DNA of 60,734 nucleotides from the NCBI GenBank assembly GCA_036985715.1, contig BTQE01000004.1:1-60734 (forward strand). The letters are read 5' to 3'. The translations under genes and the position numbers were made by a program. The notes under the pieces are model-generated. The model saw only the letters and a list, made by a program, of their open reading frames with translations, was not told where the DNA came from and did no database searches. Shown here piece by piece: positions 20,299 through 30,245 of the stretch (position 1 is its first letter; every line of letters begins with the position of its first letter). This stretch comes from Rhodothermia bacterium (GTDB lineage Bacteria; Bacteroidota; Rhodothermia; Rhodothermales; UBA10348).

Positions 20299-22005
20299 TC
20301 ATTTCAAAACCCCGCCGCCACGAACGGAAGACCGCTGGGCGCCGGGAGCATGGAAGGCCGACAGGGCTTCTGCATTCGTCCATTGTTCCAGGGCGGCCTG
20401 CACGACTGGATCGATTTGATTGAATACGGGATACCAGGCTTCACTGCGAAAGAGCCGCTGGGCAATCCTGGCCTTCAACATGACTGCGAGAACTGACCGC
20501 GATTTCAAAAACTCGTCGCGGGTAAATAATCCTTTTTTGTGATCAGATTCTTCCGACGAAATTGTGTACCCATTCTCTTCTGAAAAATCCAAGAAGCGAT
20601 CCCATGTGCTCTGTGGCACCACGTACTCGTCTATGAATTCGTCTTTCCGATCGTTCCAAGTGCTTCTAAGGTTCGAATCGAGATCCACGATTTTTCGAAC
20701 GAAGAGAAACGGGACACCGGTCCGGAGCATGGACTGAACGAGCGGGCTGGAGAGTGTCGATAACGTATCCGGTGCGATAACTACATCGGGCATCACACCG
20801 CCACCGCCGAATACGGTACGCCCGTGGTCCGTTGTGAATTTCAGCGAATCGGGAATGTCCGCCAAATAGGCCTGAGGGTCAAGAACCGTCTGCTCGTAGT
20901 TGGAGAATTTCTCGGCGTAGTAGGCCTCTGTTTCCCCATTCGAATACGGAGTCTGAATCAGACGGCCGGACGGCATGTAATATCGTGCGACCGTCATTTG
21001 AACAATGCTTCCGTCGTTGAGCTGGAATGGTCGCTGAACGAGTCCTTTACCAAATGTGCGCCGCCCCACGATCAAGGCTCGATCGTGATCCTGCAAGGCG
21101 CCGGCTACGATTTCACTGCCGGAGGCAGAGCTCTCGTCAACCAGGACGATCACCGGCTTCACACTGAACGTACCCCCTTTCGTAATCCTGTCTATTTCAT
21201 TTTCTCGCGGATTACGTCCTCGGGTTGAGAGAATAATGCCACTTCCATCGAGCATCTCGTCGGCAACGTCCACGGCAGCCCCCTTTACGCCCCCGGGATT
21301 ACCTCGGAGGTCAACGATCAGGCGCTCCAGCCCCTGAGACTTGAGCCGACCCACATGGTCCCGGAACTCCTGCGCAGTGGTTAAGGCAAATCGACCGATT
21401 CGAACATAGCCTGTCTGCTCATCAATCATATAACTCGCATCCACACTAAACAGTGGGATTTTTGCGCGCGTGATGTTGAATTCCAGCGGCTGCTTAACAC
21501 CCGGGCGAGCGACCGTCAGTTTCACGATCGTATTGACGGGTCCCTTGATCTTGTTCTGAATCTTTAGCGACGCTACACCGACGACGTTGTCGTTATCAAC
21601 AGCGATCATTCGATCACCCGCCATGATTCCAAGCCGCTCGCTGGGTCCGTCCGGAAATGTTGACGTTACGCGAGCAGTATCGTTGGCCGGAACTTCAAAC
21701 CATATGCCGATTCCTCCGAAAGAGCCCATGTACTGGTCCTGAACAGCAGGGACGTTTTCTGCATCGATATAGATCGTGTGAGGGTCCAACTCCTTGATCA
21801 TCGCCTGAATGGCACCTTCGGCAAGTTGTTCAGGATTCACGTCCTCCACATACTGCTGCGTGATTAGCATAAACGTTTCCTGAATCTTTTTGAGCTGCTC
21901 AAATGGATCGTCGTCAGGACGTCCATTGAGACTCATACCGAGTACACCTCCCAAACCAAATACGAGGAGTGCCGGAATCAAATATCGCCTGAGAGAATGC
22001 TTCAT
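20299..22005 (-). CDS. ctp: S41 family C-terminal processing peptidase
   Basis: Signal/TM N-terminus, PDZ region, and 'DLRGNPGG' and 'SASGSEI' motifs. 568 aa. Confidence 0.85.
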   Translation of the reverse strand: MKHSLRRYLIPALLVFGLGGVLGMSLNGRPDDDPFEQLKKIQETFMLITQQYVEDVNPEQLAEGAIQAMIKELDPHTIYIDAENVPAVQDQYMGSFGGIGIWFEVPANDTARVTSTFPDGPSERLGIMAGDRMIAVDNDNVVGVASLKIQNKIKGPVNTIVKLTVARPGVKQPLEFNITRAKIPLFSVDASYMIDEQTGYVRIGRFALTTAQEFRDHVGRLKSQGLERLIVDLRGNPGGVKGAAVDVADEMLDGSGIILSTRGRNPRENEIDRITKGGTFSVKPVIVLVDESSASGSEIVAGALQDHDRALIVGRRTFGKGLVQRPFQLNDGSIVQMTVARYYMPSGRLIQTPYSNGETEAYYAEKFSNYEQTVLDPQAYLADIPDSLKFTTDHGRTVFGGGGVMPDVVIAPDTLSTLSSPLVQSMLRTGVPFLFVRKIVDLDSNLRSTWNDRKDEFIDEYVVPQSTWDRFLDFSEENGYTISSEESDHKKGLFTRDEFLKSRSVLAVMLKARIAQRLFRSEAWYPVFNQIDPVVQAALEQWTNAEALSAFHAPGAQRSSVRGGGVLK

Positions 22006-22122
22006 GTTTTGAGTTCGAATGCTAGGATGGCGGTCGCCGGGATACGGTTGCCTGTAAATGGTGCCGGATAAAATGCTCGTAGTATTGGGTACAACACATA
22101 TGATTCGACATGGGATGCCAAT

Positions 22123-22824
22123 TTGTTTCAGGAATTAGCCCGCGTTTCGCGTCTATTCGTCGAAAATGAGTGGGAAGATTCTGTCCTGTTCTTTTTCAAA
22201 CGCTTCAAATCTAGTTCTCGTGCTTGTAACCTTTACCCGGTGAAGGACGTTTTTGACGATACGTCATATGAACGAAAGAACTTCGCCCGGCAGCTGAGAG
22301 CATTGACCATAATCAGCTTCGACATTCTTGTAAAGCGGTATCGCCACCGCGTTTACGGATTCGCCTACCACTATCTGGTTGATGAAGACGAAGCAGCGGA
22401 TGTGACACAAGATGTATTTGTACGAATGTGGCAAAACAGGGTCAAAATAGATGAGGAACGAGTGTTGGGTTGGCTTCTGCGCGTTACTCGAAATGCTTGT
22501 GTTGATTCCGTACGAAAGAAAAATGCATACAGAAGACGCGTCGAAACGGATTCAGATGCCATCATCGAGCAGGCCGATCGGGCGCCGTTGCCTGACCATC
22601 AAGCTTCAGCGAGCCTGTTCAATGAGAGGCTGACCACGGCTCTGAACAAGCTGGATGAGCCATACAAGAGCATCATCATTTTGAGAGAGATTCAAGAATA
22701 CAAATACGGTGAGATTGGCGAGGCGCTTGATTTGCCGCTGAACACGGTCAAGGTGTATTTGCATCGTGCTCGGAAGGAGTTGAGAAAAGAGCTTAGTGAG
22801 GACCTGAGATATGAGTATATCTGA
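22123..22824 (+). CDS. ECF-type RNA polymerase sigma-70 factor
   Basis: Region 2 'AADVTQDVFVRMW' and region 4 'YKSIIILREIQEYKYGEIGEALDLPLNTVKVYLHRARKEL'. The track start is TTG; GTG at 22240 would give a more typical ~194-aa protein. Confidence 0.85.
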   Translation: MFQELARVSRLFVENEWEDSVLFFFKRFKSSSRACNLYPVKDVFDDTSYERKNFARQLRALTIISFDILVKRYRHRVYGFAYHYLVDEDEAADVTQDVFVRMWQNRVKIDEERVLGWLLRVTRNACVDSVRKKNAYRRRVETDSDAIIEQADRAPLPDHQASASLFNERLTTALNKLDEPYKSIIILREIQEYKYGEIGEALDLPLNTVKVYLHRARKELRKELSEDLRYEYI

Positions 22825-23347
22825 ACACCTTGACGAAGGGTGGTGGGACGATTCCGTAGAGGCATTTGTCGATGGAGACCTTTCCGCGGAAGAGGCCTCC
22901 CGATTCAAATCCTTGATGGAACTCGACGTTGCCGTCGCTACCGAAGTCAAGATGGCTAAAGCGATTCAGCATTCCTTCCGAAATCTCGATTCAGTTGAAT
23001 GCCCCGACCCAGTATCCGATGCAATACTAAAACGAGCGCGCGCAGATTTGATTGCCAACGCTCGAGTTAATGCGTGGCATGCCGTGCGGACGTTCTTCAA
23101 ACCGTTACTCCGACCCTTGTTGGCGATGACGATTCTTCTCGCGATTGTACTAAGCTCCGTCTGGTCGGGTAGGACAACAACCAAGATAGATCCTGCCGTC
23201 GCAGAGGCCCTTGATGATGTCAAATGGACATTGGCGTACGTGTCTCAGGTCACTAGACAGACTGCAATCGCCGTGCGAGCGGAAGCGCTTGAGCCGCTGG
23301 TTCTCGAACAAATGAAAGACGCTGTAGAAACATTTATCGACAATTAG
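22811..23347 (+). CDS. Anti-sigma factor (single TM)
   Basis: Overlaps the sigma gene by 14 nt. N-terminal 'VEAFVDGDLSAEEASRFKSLM' is an anti-sigma helix, and there is one central TM segment. Confidence 0.65.
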   Translation: MSISEHLDEGWWDDSVEAFVDGDLSAEEASRFKSLMELDVAVATEVKMAKAIQHSFRNLDSVECPDPVSDAILKRARADLIANARVNAWHAVRTFFKPLLRPLLAMTILLAIVLSSVWSGRTTTKIDPAVAEALDDVKWTLAYVSQVTRQTAIAVRAEALEPLVLEQMKDAVETFIDN

Positions 23348-23372
23348 GTCGCGCACCTTGAGGTAGACAGAA

Positions 23373-23912
23373 ATGAAGAGCACCTTATTCATCCTCTTAT
23401 TCATGGTGGGTTCCTGGATCCCGCCTGTCGTGGCTCAGAGTGGTATTGAAAGCGATCCCGGATTCGTCAACTTCTCAGATCTGGATGATTTATTTGGCGA
23501 GGATCCCATTATCGAGGCCAACATTCACGGCGCTATTTTGCGACTCGTCGCCGAAGCTGCCGAACTGGAAGACCCTGAACTTGCAGATCTGCTCCGGCGC
23601 GTGAGAAGGGTCTACGTTCGCGTCTTCGACCTGGATCGTTTAGATCTTGATACGGTCAGGAGTTACAAGGACGACGTGAGTCGTCTGTTGGTCGAAGACG
23701 GTTGGGATACGGTGATAACAGTGAGAAAGCGAGACGAGGACGTGAATATGTACGTCAAACTGGTCGACGAAGAAATCGCCGGGATGGTGGTGATGTCGAT
23801 CAACAGTTATGATGATGAAACCGCCTTCCTGAATATCGTCGGCGACATCGATCCAGAGCAAATCGGCCGAATAGGACGGAAATTTGGCGTCAGTAGAGTA
23901 TCCGATTTCTAG
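23373..23912 (+). CDS. DUF4252 domain protein
   Basis: Signal peptide, then 'VNFSDLDDLF...IHGAILRLVA....VRRVYVRVFD' and a C-terminal 'GWDTVITVRK...VVMSINSYDDETAFLNIVGDID'. It sits in the usual position after ECF sigma/anti-sigma. Confidence 0.6.
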   Translation: MKSTLFILLFMVGSWIPPVVAQSGIESDPGFVNFSDLDDLFGEDPIIEANIHGAILRLVAEAAELEDPELADLLRRVRRVYVRVFDLDRLDLDTVRSYKDDVSRLLVEDGWDTVITVRKRDEDVNMYVKLVDEEIAGMVVMSINSYDDETAFLNIVGDIDPEQIGRIGRKFGVSRVSDF

Positions 23913-23961
23913 ATCATCTTGATCGGCGCGATTTTTATTAGATTCTTCTTGGCCGTCTACG

Positions 23962-24322
23962 ATGACCAAAACCATATCAAGTCCACAGTTTCTTCTGCTT
24001 CCAGGCCTGATGAACTCTGGATGGAATACGGTGAGTTAAAGTCGGAGTTTATCGGACGGAGCGGCTTCCGTACAAAGGAGATCTCGAACTTGAGTCACTT
24101 CAGAGATTCTCGGACAATGGATGGGAACTGTCGGTCAAAGTTCAGGATAACGAAGAAATCATCCGGGTACTGTACAGAAAATGGTATGATGAGGTCCGCG
24201 ATATGCTTATTCTTGTTCTCGGTGACAATGATCTCGTGATCGTTCGGGTAGAAGGGTATGTAAATCGGCTGCTTGAGAAGATTGTCGAAGACGAGACCTA
24301 CGCAACCAGATTGTTTGATTAG
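23962..24322 (+). pseudogene. DUF4252-like paralogue that needs one frame change (no intact ORF)
   Basis: Frame 24035..24322 encodes 'VKVGVYRTERLPYKGDLELESLQRFSDNGWELSVKVQDNEEIIRVLYRK..ILVLGDNDLVIVRVEGYVNRLLEKIV', paralogous to the C-half of 23373..23912, but has no start codon. ATG 23962 gives 'MTKTISSPQFLLLPGLMNSGWNTVS*' and would join it after a +1 shift near 24031-24037. Confidence 0.45.
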
Positions 24323-24487
24323 TTTTTCGAAATTTCCCTGGTGACTTTTACCTTATTGTTTCCCACTCTTCTAGTAAGATTCAGAAACTGACGGTCTCGC
24401 ATTCCGTAGAGCAAGTCTGGAGTAAGGAAAAGGATCGACAAATCTCCTTTACCTTTTTCCGCAACCCTAACATTGAATTTTGGAAGC

Positions 24488-25084
24488 ATGAAAGTAGCAT
24501 TATATACTCTTGGGGCGATCCTCCTGGTGGTGGGCATTTTCGCGTACACCGGTATTGGGACCTACAACGAGTTGGTGAGTCAGGAGGAGGCCGTTTCGCA
24601 AAGTTGGGCCGACGTAGAGACGCAATATCAGAGACGCGCGGATCTAATCCCAAACCTGGTCAATACGGTTCGGGGAGCTGCAGATTTTGAAAGCGAGACG
24701 TTGGTAGCGGTGACCGAAGCCCGAGCGCGTGCAACGTCGATCAATCTCTCGGCGGATGATCTCTCGAATCCGAGTCGTGTACAGGAGTTCATGGCAGCTC
24801 AGGCATCCCTGGGAGGTGCACTCGGTCGACTCCTGGTGGTCTCGGAGAATTATCCGCAACTCCGGGCAACAGAGGCGTTTCAAACCCTTCAAACGCAGCT
24901 GGAAGGAACGGAAAATCGAATAACTGTCGCCCGGAGAGACTACAACAACTTTGTGGCCACATATAACACAAAAGTCCGTCAGTTTCCGGGATCCATTATT
25001 GCCGGTGTAACCGGGTTTGATCGCCGGATTCCATTTGAGGCTCAGGGCGGCGCGGAGAAAGCACCCCAGGTCGATTTCAATTAA
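24488..25084 (+). CDS. lemA: LemA family protein
   Basis: 'YNELVSQEEAVSQSWADVETQYQRRADLIPNLV' and 'ENYPQLRA...F..LQ.QLEGTENRI' are canonical LemA motifs. Confidence 0.85.
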   Translation: MKVALYTLGAILLVVGIFAYTGIGTYNELVSQEEAVSQSWADVETQYQRRADLIPNLVNTVRGAADFESETLVAVTEARARATSINLSADDLSNPSRVQEFMAAQASLGGALGRLLVVSENYPQLRATEAFQTLQTQLEGTENRITVARRDYNNFVATYNTKVRQFPGSIIAGVTGFDRRIPFEAQGGAEKAPQVDFN

Positions 25085-25106
25085 CGTCGATCGCAGCTAT
25101 AAAAGC

Positions 25107-25892
25107 ATGATTCGTCTACTTAGAATATCGACCGTTTTCGTCGGCTTCCTACTTGTTTCGTCGTCTGCTCTCGCGCAGCGAATTCAGGTCATTGCACCCA
25201 CTGGGAAATGGGTAACCGACCAGGGGGACTTCTTTTCCAGTACGCAGGAGAAGACGCTGACACATAAGCTCTCTACGTATGCCGACACAACATCGACTCA
25301 GATCGTCGTCGTTACGCTTCCAGATCTGGGCGGCTACGAGGCGTCACAATACGCAATCCAATTGGGAAGGGATTGGGGCGTGGGTCAGCAAGGACAGAAT
25401 AATGGTTTGGTGATACTTCTTTCGAAGCGGGATCGACAAGTTTTTATTGGGACCGGCTATGGATTGGAGGGAGCTGTAACTGACGCACTCGCGGGAGATA
25501 TCGTCCGAAATGTAATGCTCCCGAGTTTTCGTCGGGGTGAGTTTTTTGAAGGCGTTTCTTCGGCCATTGACCTGCTGATCATGGGTGCGGCTGGAGAATT
25601 CGACCGTTTGGCTGAGTCGGAAAGGAAAGGAATTCCAGCTACAGCTCTGTTCAACATCTTCCTGGTGGTCGTGTTTGTCTTGTACTCCCTGGTTGCAAAC
25701 AGCCGCCGAGGAGGTGGGAAGGGAGGCAAGAAATACAGGCATGGAAGTAGTATTCTGCCGATCCTGTTCTGGTCAAGTCTGGCAGGTGGGCATGGACGTG
25801 GCATGGGTGGTGGATTTGGTGGCGGATTTGGCGGTGGATTTGGTGGCGGTGGTGGCAGCTTCGGTGGTGGCGGTGCCGGCGGCGGGTGGTAG
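25107..25892 (+). CDS. TPM-domain (YgcG-like) membrane protein with a Gly-rich tail
   Basis: Signal peptide, 'TQIVVVTLPDLGGYE...NNGLVILLSKRDRQVFIGTGYGLEG', a TM segment and a 'GGFGGGFGGGFGGGGG' tail. The real start is ATG 25107. Confidence 0.8.
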   Translation: MIRLLRISTVFVGFLLVSSSALAQRIQVIAPTGKWVTDQGDFFSSTQEKTLTHKLSTYADTTSTQIVVVTLPDLGGYEASQYAIQLGRDWGVGQQGQNNGLVILLSKRDRQVFIGTGYGLEGAVTDALAGDIVRNVMLPSFRRGEFFEGVSSAIDLLIMGAAGEFDRLAESERKGIPATALFNIFLVVVFVLYSLVANSRRGGGKGGKKYRHGSSILPILFWSSLAGGHGRGMGGGFGGGFGGGFGGGGGSFGGGGAGGGW

Positions 25893-25914
25893 GAGTTGAT
25901 CTTCGGCTGGGATA

Positions 25915-26238
25915 ATGGACAGACTCAAAAAGCTATTGGAGTACCACGACGAAGATCCAGATGACTCATTCATTCGATTTGCCCTCGCGACCGAGTACCT
26001 GAAGCTTGGAAATGAAGAGAAGGCGCGAATTGCCTTTGAGGATCTCGTGTCGCATGACCCGGAATATGTGGGAACGTACTACCATCTTGGCAAATTGTAC
26101 GAGCGACTCGATCAAAATGAACGGGCGATCCAGGTATTCACAAGAGGAATCAACGTTGCCAGGGTTCAATCCGATATGCACGCACGGGCAGAACTACAAT
26201 CGGCTCTTCTGGAAGCTGAAGGCATTGGCTATGAGTGA
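25915..26238 (+). CDS. Small TPR-repeat protein
   Basis: 107 aa with TPR-like helices ('ALATEYLKLGNEEKARIAFEDLVSHDPEYVGTYYHLGKLYERL'). Confidence 0.6.
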   Translation: MDRLKKLLEYHDEDPDDSFIRFALATEYLKLGNEEKARIAFEDLVSHDPEYVGTYYHLGKLYERLDQNERAIQVFTRGINVARVQSDMHARAELQSALLEAEGIGYE

Positions 26239-26983
26239 CCGGCGGATCGTTTTTTTCGCGTTGCTCCGATTCGTTCTTCCGGTTTCGGTTACAGTCTTTT
26301 TGATCGGTGGGTCGTCCGTCTATGCCCGACAGACTGATACTACAGACACGGCGACATACGTTTTGCTGGAAGGGGATACGCTGTACGAGTTAGCAATGGA
26401 GTTGGGTACGTCGATCGAGCTCCTCGAAGAGATGAATGGAATAAGCGGAGGAGTTCTTCGTGCAGGAGAGGATTTCCTGATTCCCGCCAATAAGTCTTCG
26501 ACGTCTTATGTCGTTCGTCGGGGTGATACGCTTATGGGAATATCTCGTCGTTTCGGCATCTCCGTTGCAGAAATACAAAGGGCCAACGGGATGAGCGGTA
26601 CAGGTCTTCGAGCTGGCGCCAGCCTCGTGATACCGGGCCAGGGAGTCCGCATGAACGTGTCCTTGGACGAACTTGGGAGCGATACCATTATGGAAGGCTT
26701 TGCTGTCGTTTATCCTGAGGTTTTTGAGAATCGACTTATGACGAACGGAGACGCATACGATCCAAACGGATATACAATAAGCCATCCCAACTTTCCGATA
26801 GGAAGTATCGTATGGGTTCGGGAAGTCGTCTCAGGACGGGAGACCTTTGCCGAGGTCACAGATCGCGGGTTTAGCGAACGGCCGCTACTCGTCGATGTGT
26901 CGCGCGCGCTCGCACGACATTTGTCAATGGAGGCCTCTCAAGAGACGCGTGTTCAGATTCGAATGGTTTATGGAGTTGACTGA
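26231..26983 (+). CDS. LysM x2 + RlpA-like double-psi beta-barrel (septal lytic transglycosylase-like) protein
   Basis: Two LysM units ('YVLLEGDTLYELA..', 'YVVRRGDTLMGISRRFGISVAEIQRANG') followed by 'MTNGDAYDPNGYTISHPNFPIGSIVWVRE...AEVTDRG'. ATG 26231 overlaps the TPR stop. Confidence 0.75.
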   Translation: MSDRRIVFFALLRFVLPVSVTVFLIGGSSVYARQTDTTDTATYVLLEGDTLYELAMELGTSIELLEEMNGISGGVLRAGEDFLIPANKSSTSYVVRRGDTLMGISRRFGISVAEIQRANGMSGTGLRAGASLVIPGQGVRMNVSLDELGSDTIMEGFAVVYPEVFENRLMTNGDAYDPNGYTISHPNFPIGSIVWVREVVSGRETFAEVTDRGFSERPLLVDVSRALARHLSMEASQETRVQIRMVYGVD

Positions 26984-27818
26984 CGGAACGTATTCGGCGC
27001 GAGGTAATGGACCGGGCGATTTTGGTTCAGGCAATCTTGGTTCAGGCAATCTTGGTCCGGGCAATTTTGATTCCGAATCTGACCGATCGACGAGCTATTT
27101 CAGTCTGTCCCGTACCGCGACCTACGGTTTTCTGGCTGCGTTGCCTCTCTTTCTTCTTTATGAAGGACTGATCCTGGCCGTCAATGACGGAGCTGTATCG
27201 CAGGTTCGGGTTGGAGCGGATGTCTGGATCAAACAGGCGCTTTCAGCACTGGGAGGGACGGGTGTGTTTTCTCTCGGCATTCTCGTTCTGAGCATCGGCG
27301 TCTTTGTCTTTCTTGCCGAGCGAAAAAAGCGTATTCCCATCTTTCCAGAATATTTCGCAGGGATGATAGCCGAAAGTCTGCTTTACGCAGTTGTCGTTGC
27401 GGTGCTGGTCTCAAACGTCGTTGGATTTATTTTCTCAGCGGCAGTAACAACCACGGTTCCGATACTTGCTGGTGCTGATATTGGTACGGCTAAAATGCTT
27501 GTCCTTTCAATCGGAGCGGGGCTCTACGAAGAACTGGTATTCAGAGTCGTACTTGTCGGTGGCTTATTCTGGGTGTTCAAGCACTTCTCCTCCGGTAAGA
27601 TCGGGCCGTATATACTTGCTGCCATCGTGGGCGCGCTCGCTTTCAGCGCCGTTCATTATATCGGTTCGCTCGGAGACCCATTCGAGATGACGTCGTTCAT
27701 GTTTCGATTTATTTTCGGACTTGCACTCAATGCCATCTTTCTGATTCGTGGATTTGGTGTAGCGGCCTGGACGCACGCGCTCTACGATGTACTTATAGTG
27801 ACACAATTACTTGGTTGA
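26970..27818 (+). CDS. CPBP-family intramembrane glutamic endopeptidase (CAAX protease-like)
   Basis: 'YEELVFRVVL' plus downstream 'FSAVHY' and 'THALYD' motifs; polytopic. The N-terminal tail holds a 4x pentapeptide repeat. Confidence 0.8.
   Translation: MELTDGTYSARGNGPGDFGSGNLGSGNLGPGNFDSESDRSTSYFSLSRTATYGFLAALPLFLLYEGLILAVNDGAVSQVRVGADVWIKQALSALGGTGVFSLGILVLSIGVFVFLAERKKRIPIFPEYFAGMIAESLLYAVVVAVLVSNVVGFIFSAAVTTTVPILAGADIGTAKMLVLSIGAGLYEELVFRVVLVGGLFWVFKHFSSGKIGPYILAAIVGALAFSAVHYIGSLGDPFEMTSFMFRFIFGLALNAIFLIRGFGVAAWTHALYDVLIVTQLLG
27009..27068 (+). repeat. In-frame 4 x 15-bp tandem repeat (GPGDF-GSGNL-GSGNL-GPGNF)
   Basis: Units start at 27009, 27024, 27039 and 27054. The middle two are identical. 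Confidence 0.9.
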
Positions 27819-27890
27819 CCTCGTAAGGACACTCTCATAAACGCTCGTCGGAAGCGAACGCGAACAACTAGAACAAGAGATGAGGGCTGA

Positions 27891-28583
27891 GTGGTGAAAT
27901 CTAACTTGAGACTCGGAACGGTTAGTGGCATCGGAATATTTGCCCACTGGACGTTTCTGATAATGTTGGTTGGACTGTTTGGATTTTATCTATACCAGGG
28001 TCTCTCCATAATTGCCGCTCTTTCCGGTGTCGCGTTGGTTGTCTCCGTATTCGGGTGTGTTGTCGCGCACGAACTTGGACACGCCTTTATGGCCCGGCAT
28101 TACGGGATCCCAACGTTGGATATCACCATGTATCCGATTGGAGGTGTTGCCCGACTCAAGACGATGCCGCGTGAGCCCAAGGAGGAATTTCTTATTGCGA
28201 TCGCCGGCCCGGCCGTGAATTTGGGGATTGCCGGGGTGCTCTGGATCGTCAATAACATGTTCAGCTCCTCGGTTACGCTCTCGGAGGCCATGACGACACA
28301 AGCCAGCGTCTTAGGGCTGCTCATGTGGATTAATCTCGGATTGGTCGTTTTCAATATGCTCCCGGCGTTTCCCATGGACGGAGGGAGAGTGCTTCGCGCG
28401 GGCTTGGCTACCCAGCTGGATTACAGGAATGCAACTCATTTTGCTTCTTTGATCGGGCAGTTCCTTGCTGTTGGATTTGGAATCTATGGGATTTTTTACG
28501 GCCTTTGGACCCTGCCATTCGTCGCCATGTTCATTTTCATTGCAGCCAGACAGGAAGTCCAATATGTCATGGAGAAAAGCTAG
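27891..28583 (+). CDS. M50 (site-2 protease) family zinc metalloprotease
   Basis: 'VVAHELGHAFMAR' HExxH motif and a downstream 'NMLPAFPMDGGRVLRA' motif. 230 aa, polytopic. Confidence 0.85.
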   Translation: MVKSNLRLGTVSGIGIFAHWTFLIMLVGLFGFYLYQGLSIIAALSGVALVVSVFGCVVAHELGHAFMARHYGIPTLDITMYPIGGVARLKTMPREPKEEFLIAIAGPAVNLGIAGVLWIVNNMFSSSVTLSEAMTTQASVLGLLMWINLGLVVFNMLPAFPMDGGRVLRAGLATQLDYRNATHFASLIGQFLAVGFGIYGIFYGLWTLPFVAMFIFIAARQEVQYVMEKS

Positions 28584-28638
28584 CCGGAACGATCCGGAGA
28601 TCCGGCGGTAATCCGTTTCCAACGTCACCGGCATTCGG

Positions 28639-28848
28639 ATGGATAGCTATTATTTCGTTATTGGAGTTACACTCATCGGGTTTTTTGCCCTGGCCGCCGC
28701 GCTTCTGGTACCGGTGTACTTTTTCTTAAAAAGGGAAGAACGCGTAGCCGAGAACTGGACCGATGAGACTATCACAGACGCAAGTTCGACTGTGCCGGCA
28801 GAGTCCAATCAGGAATCAACTCCGCCTTCCAGGTTGCCAGTATCATAG
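28639..28848 (+). CDS. Hypothetical small membrane protein
   Basis: 69 aa with one clear TM segment ('YFVIGVTLIGFFALAAALLVPVYFF') and an acidic tail. Confidence 0.4.
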   Translation: MDSYYFVIGVTLIGFFALAAALLVPVYFFLKREERVAENWTDETITDASSTVPAESNQESTPPSRLPVS

Positions 28849-29430
28849 CTCCTCATTCGGACTGATTGCCTCAACATAAACAGAGTCTCGGATGAGTTCC
28901 AGGGTTTTCTCACCGATTCCCTGAACCATCAACAAGTCGGAAACGTCTAGAAACGAACCCAATCGTTCTCGAAGCGCGAGAATGCGCCCAGACAGGGCTG
29001 GGCCAACCCTCGGAAGGGATTGGAGTTCTTCACGCGAGGCCGTGTTCAAATTGATAAAAGCGCGCGCATGTCTTACCGGGTTCTTAATTCGGATATTGAG
29101 TTCTTCAGCTCTATCGAAACTATCTGCACGGGCAGATAGCCGTTCGAATTCTTCGTATAGGGGTGCATAGTAATCTTGATCAAAAACCATCGATGATTTC
29201 GGGAGATAACGGGCAAATGCTCCGATGAGGAGCAGTGCGCTTACGAGAAAGTAGGCGCGGCATTCCTTTTCGGTGAGGCCGGCTACTTCCTGAAATCGGT
29301 ATAACCACTTGCGCCACAATTCTATGCTGGAAAGGCGAATGAAATTGATTACTCCCTTGACACATCCTGTCCCTGGAACGTAACCTCGTCGGTGCCCGCA
29401 CATCCTTGAGTTCAATCGGGAATTGACCAA
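28843..29430 (-). CDS. comEA: ComEA-family helix-hairpin-helix DNA-binding protein
   Basis: 'INLNTASREELQSLPRVGPALSGRILALRERLGSF..DLLMVQGIGEKTLELI' gives two HhH motifs, preceded by a TM segment. The start is uncertain; the track start abuts recO. Confidence 0.7.
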   Translation of the reverse strand: MVNSRLNSRMCGHRRGYVPGTGCVKGVINFIRLSSIELWRKWLYRFQEVAGLTEKECRAYFLVSALLLIGAFARYLPKSSMVFDQDYYAPLYEEFERLSARADSFDRAEELNIRIKNPVRHARAFINLNTASREELQSLPRVGPALSGRILALRERLGSFLDVSDLLMVQGIGEKTLELIRDSVYVEAISPNEEL

Positions 29431-29435
29431 ACCCT

Positions 29436-30200
29436 ATGCTTTCGAAGCCAGCGATTATTAAGACGGAAGCCATCGTGCTTCGTGCTCTGGATTATGGTGA
29501 GACCAGCCGGATCGTGACCCTATATACGGCTGAAATGGGCAAGCTCTCTGTTCTGGCAAAAGGTGCACGTTCGAGTAAAAATAGATTTGGCTCTACACTT
29601 GACCCACTGACTCACATCCAGGCCATTATTTACATCAAACCGTCCCGTGAGCTCCAGTCAATTACTGATGCCAGCCACTCGCAAACTTTTCGGACGATTC
29701 GCGACGAACTGAGTCGGATCGAGGTAGGTCTGAAGGTCATCGAGCTGACGAACGCAATCATGCACGACAGTGAACAGAATCGGAATGTGTTTCTGCTGTT
29801 GACGAGGGTGCTGACTTGCCTGGATCTCGTAGCGGAACGGTACCAGAATCTATTTCCGTATTATCAACTATCCCTTGCGTCCGAATGTGGTTTCGCTCCC
29901 GTATTTGATAGAGAGAGAGTGGCTGACCTGACGGATCGTGGAGGGACGCTGGACCTGGAGTCCGGAGAGATTCGAAAGGGAGCTCCGGCAAGTGGGTCGG
30001 AGCAGAGAGCGTCACGATCAGCTCTTCGTGCTTTTGCCATCCTCGCGCGTGCACCGATTGAAAAAGTGACACAGATGTCGCTGCGACCTGAGACGATGCA
30101 GGAGGTGGGGGACCTGATTTGTGCTTACATGAAAACCCATTTCGGCGATATCGTCCCTGACAGAGCGTCTCGTGTGTTTGCTCAATTGGAAATTGGGTAA
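29436..30200 (+). CDS. recO: DNA repair protein RecO
   Basis: 'TEAIVLRALDYGETSRIVTLYTAEMGKLSVLAKGARSSKNRF' is a typical RecO OB-fold N-terminus. 254 aa. Confidence 0.85.
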   Translation: MLSKPAIIKTEAIVLRALDYGETSRIVTLYTAEMGKLSVLAKGARSSKNRFGSTLDPLTHIQAIIYIKPSRELQSITDASHSQTFRTIRDELSRIEVGLKVIELTNAIMHDSEQNRNVFLLLTRVLTCLDLVAERYQNLFPYYQLSLASECGFAPVFDRERVADLTDRGGTLDLESGEIRKGAPASGSEQRASRSALRAFAILARAPIEKVTQMSLRPETMQEVGDLICAYMKTHFGDIVPDRASRVFAQLEIG

Positions 30201-30245
30201 AGCGAAGTCCCAAGTTGCACTTCGTTGCCTGAATTCGTACGTTCG

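Noticed and set aside
22200-22250. ECF-type promoter ('TGTAAC'-N17-'CGT') upstream of the alternative GTG start of the sigma gene.
   Set aside because: It lies inside the track ORF, and the match is to a loose consensus. I cannot tell it from chance by eye, so I only note the uncertainty in the start codon.
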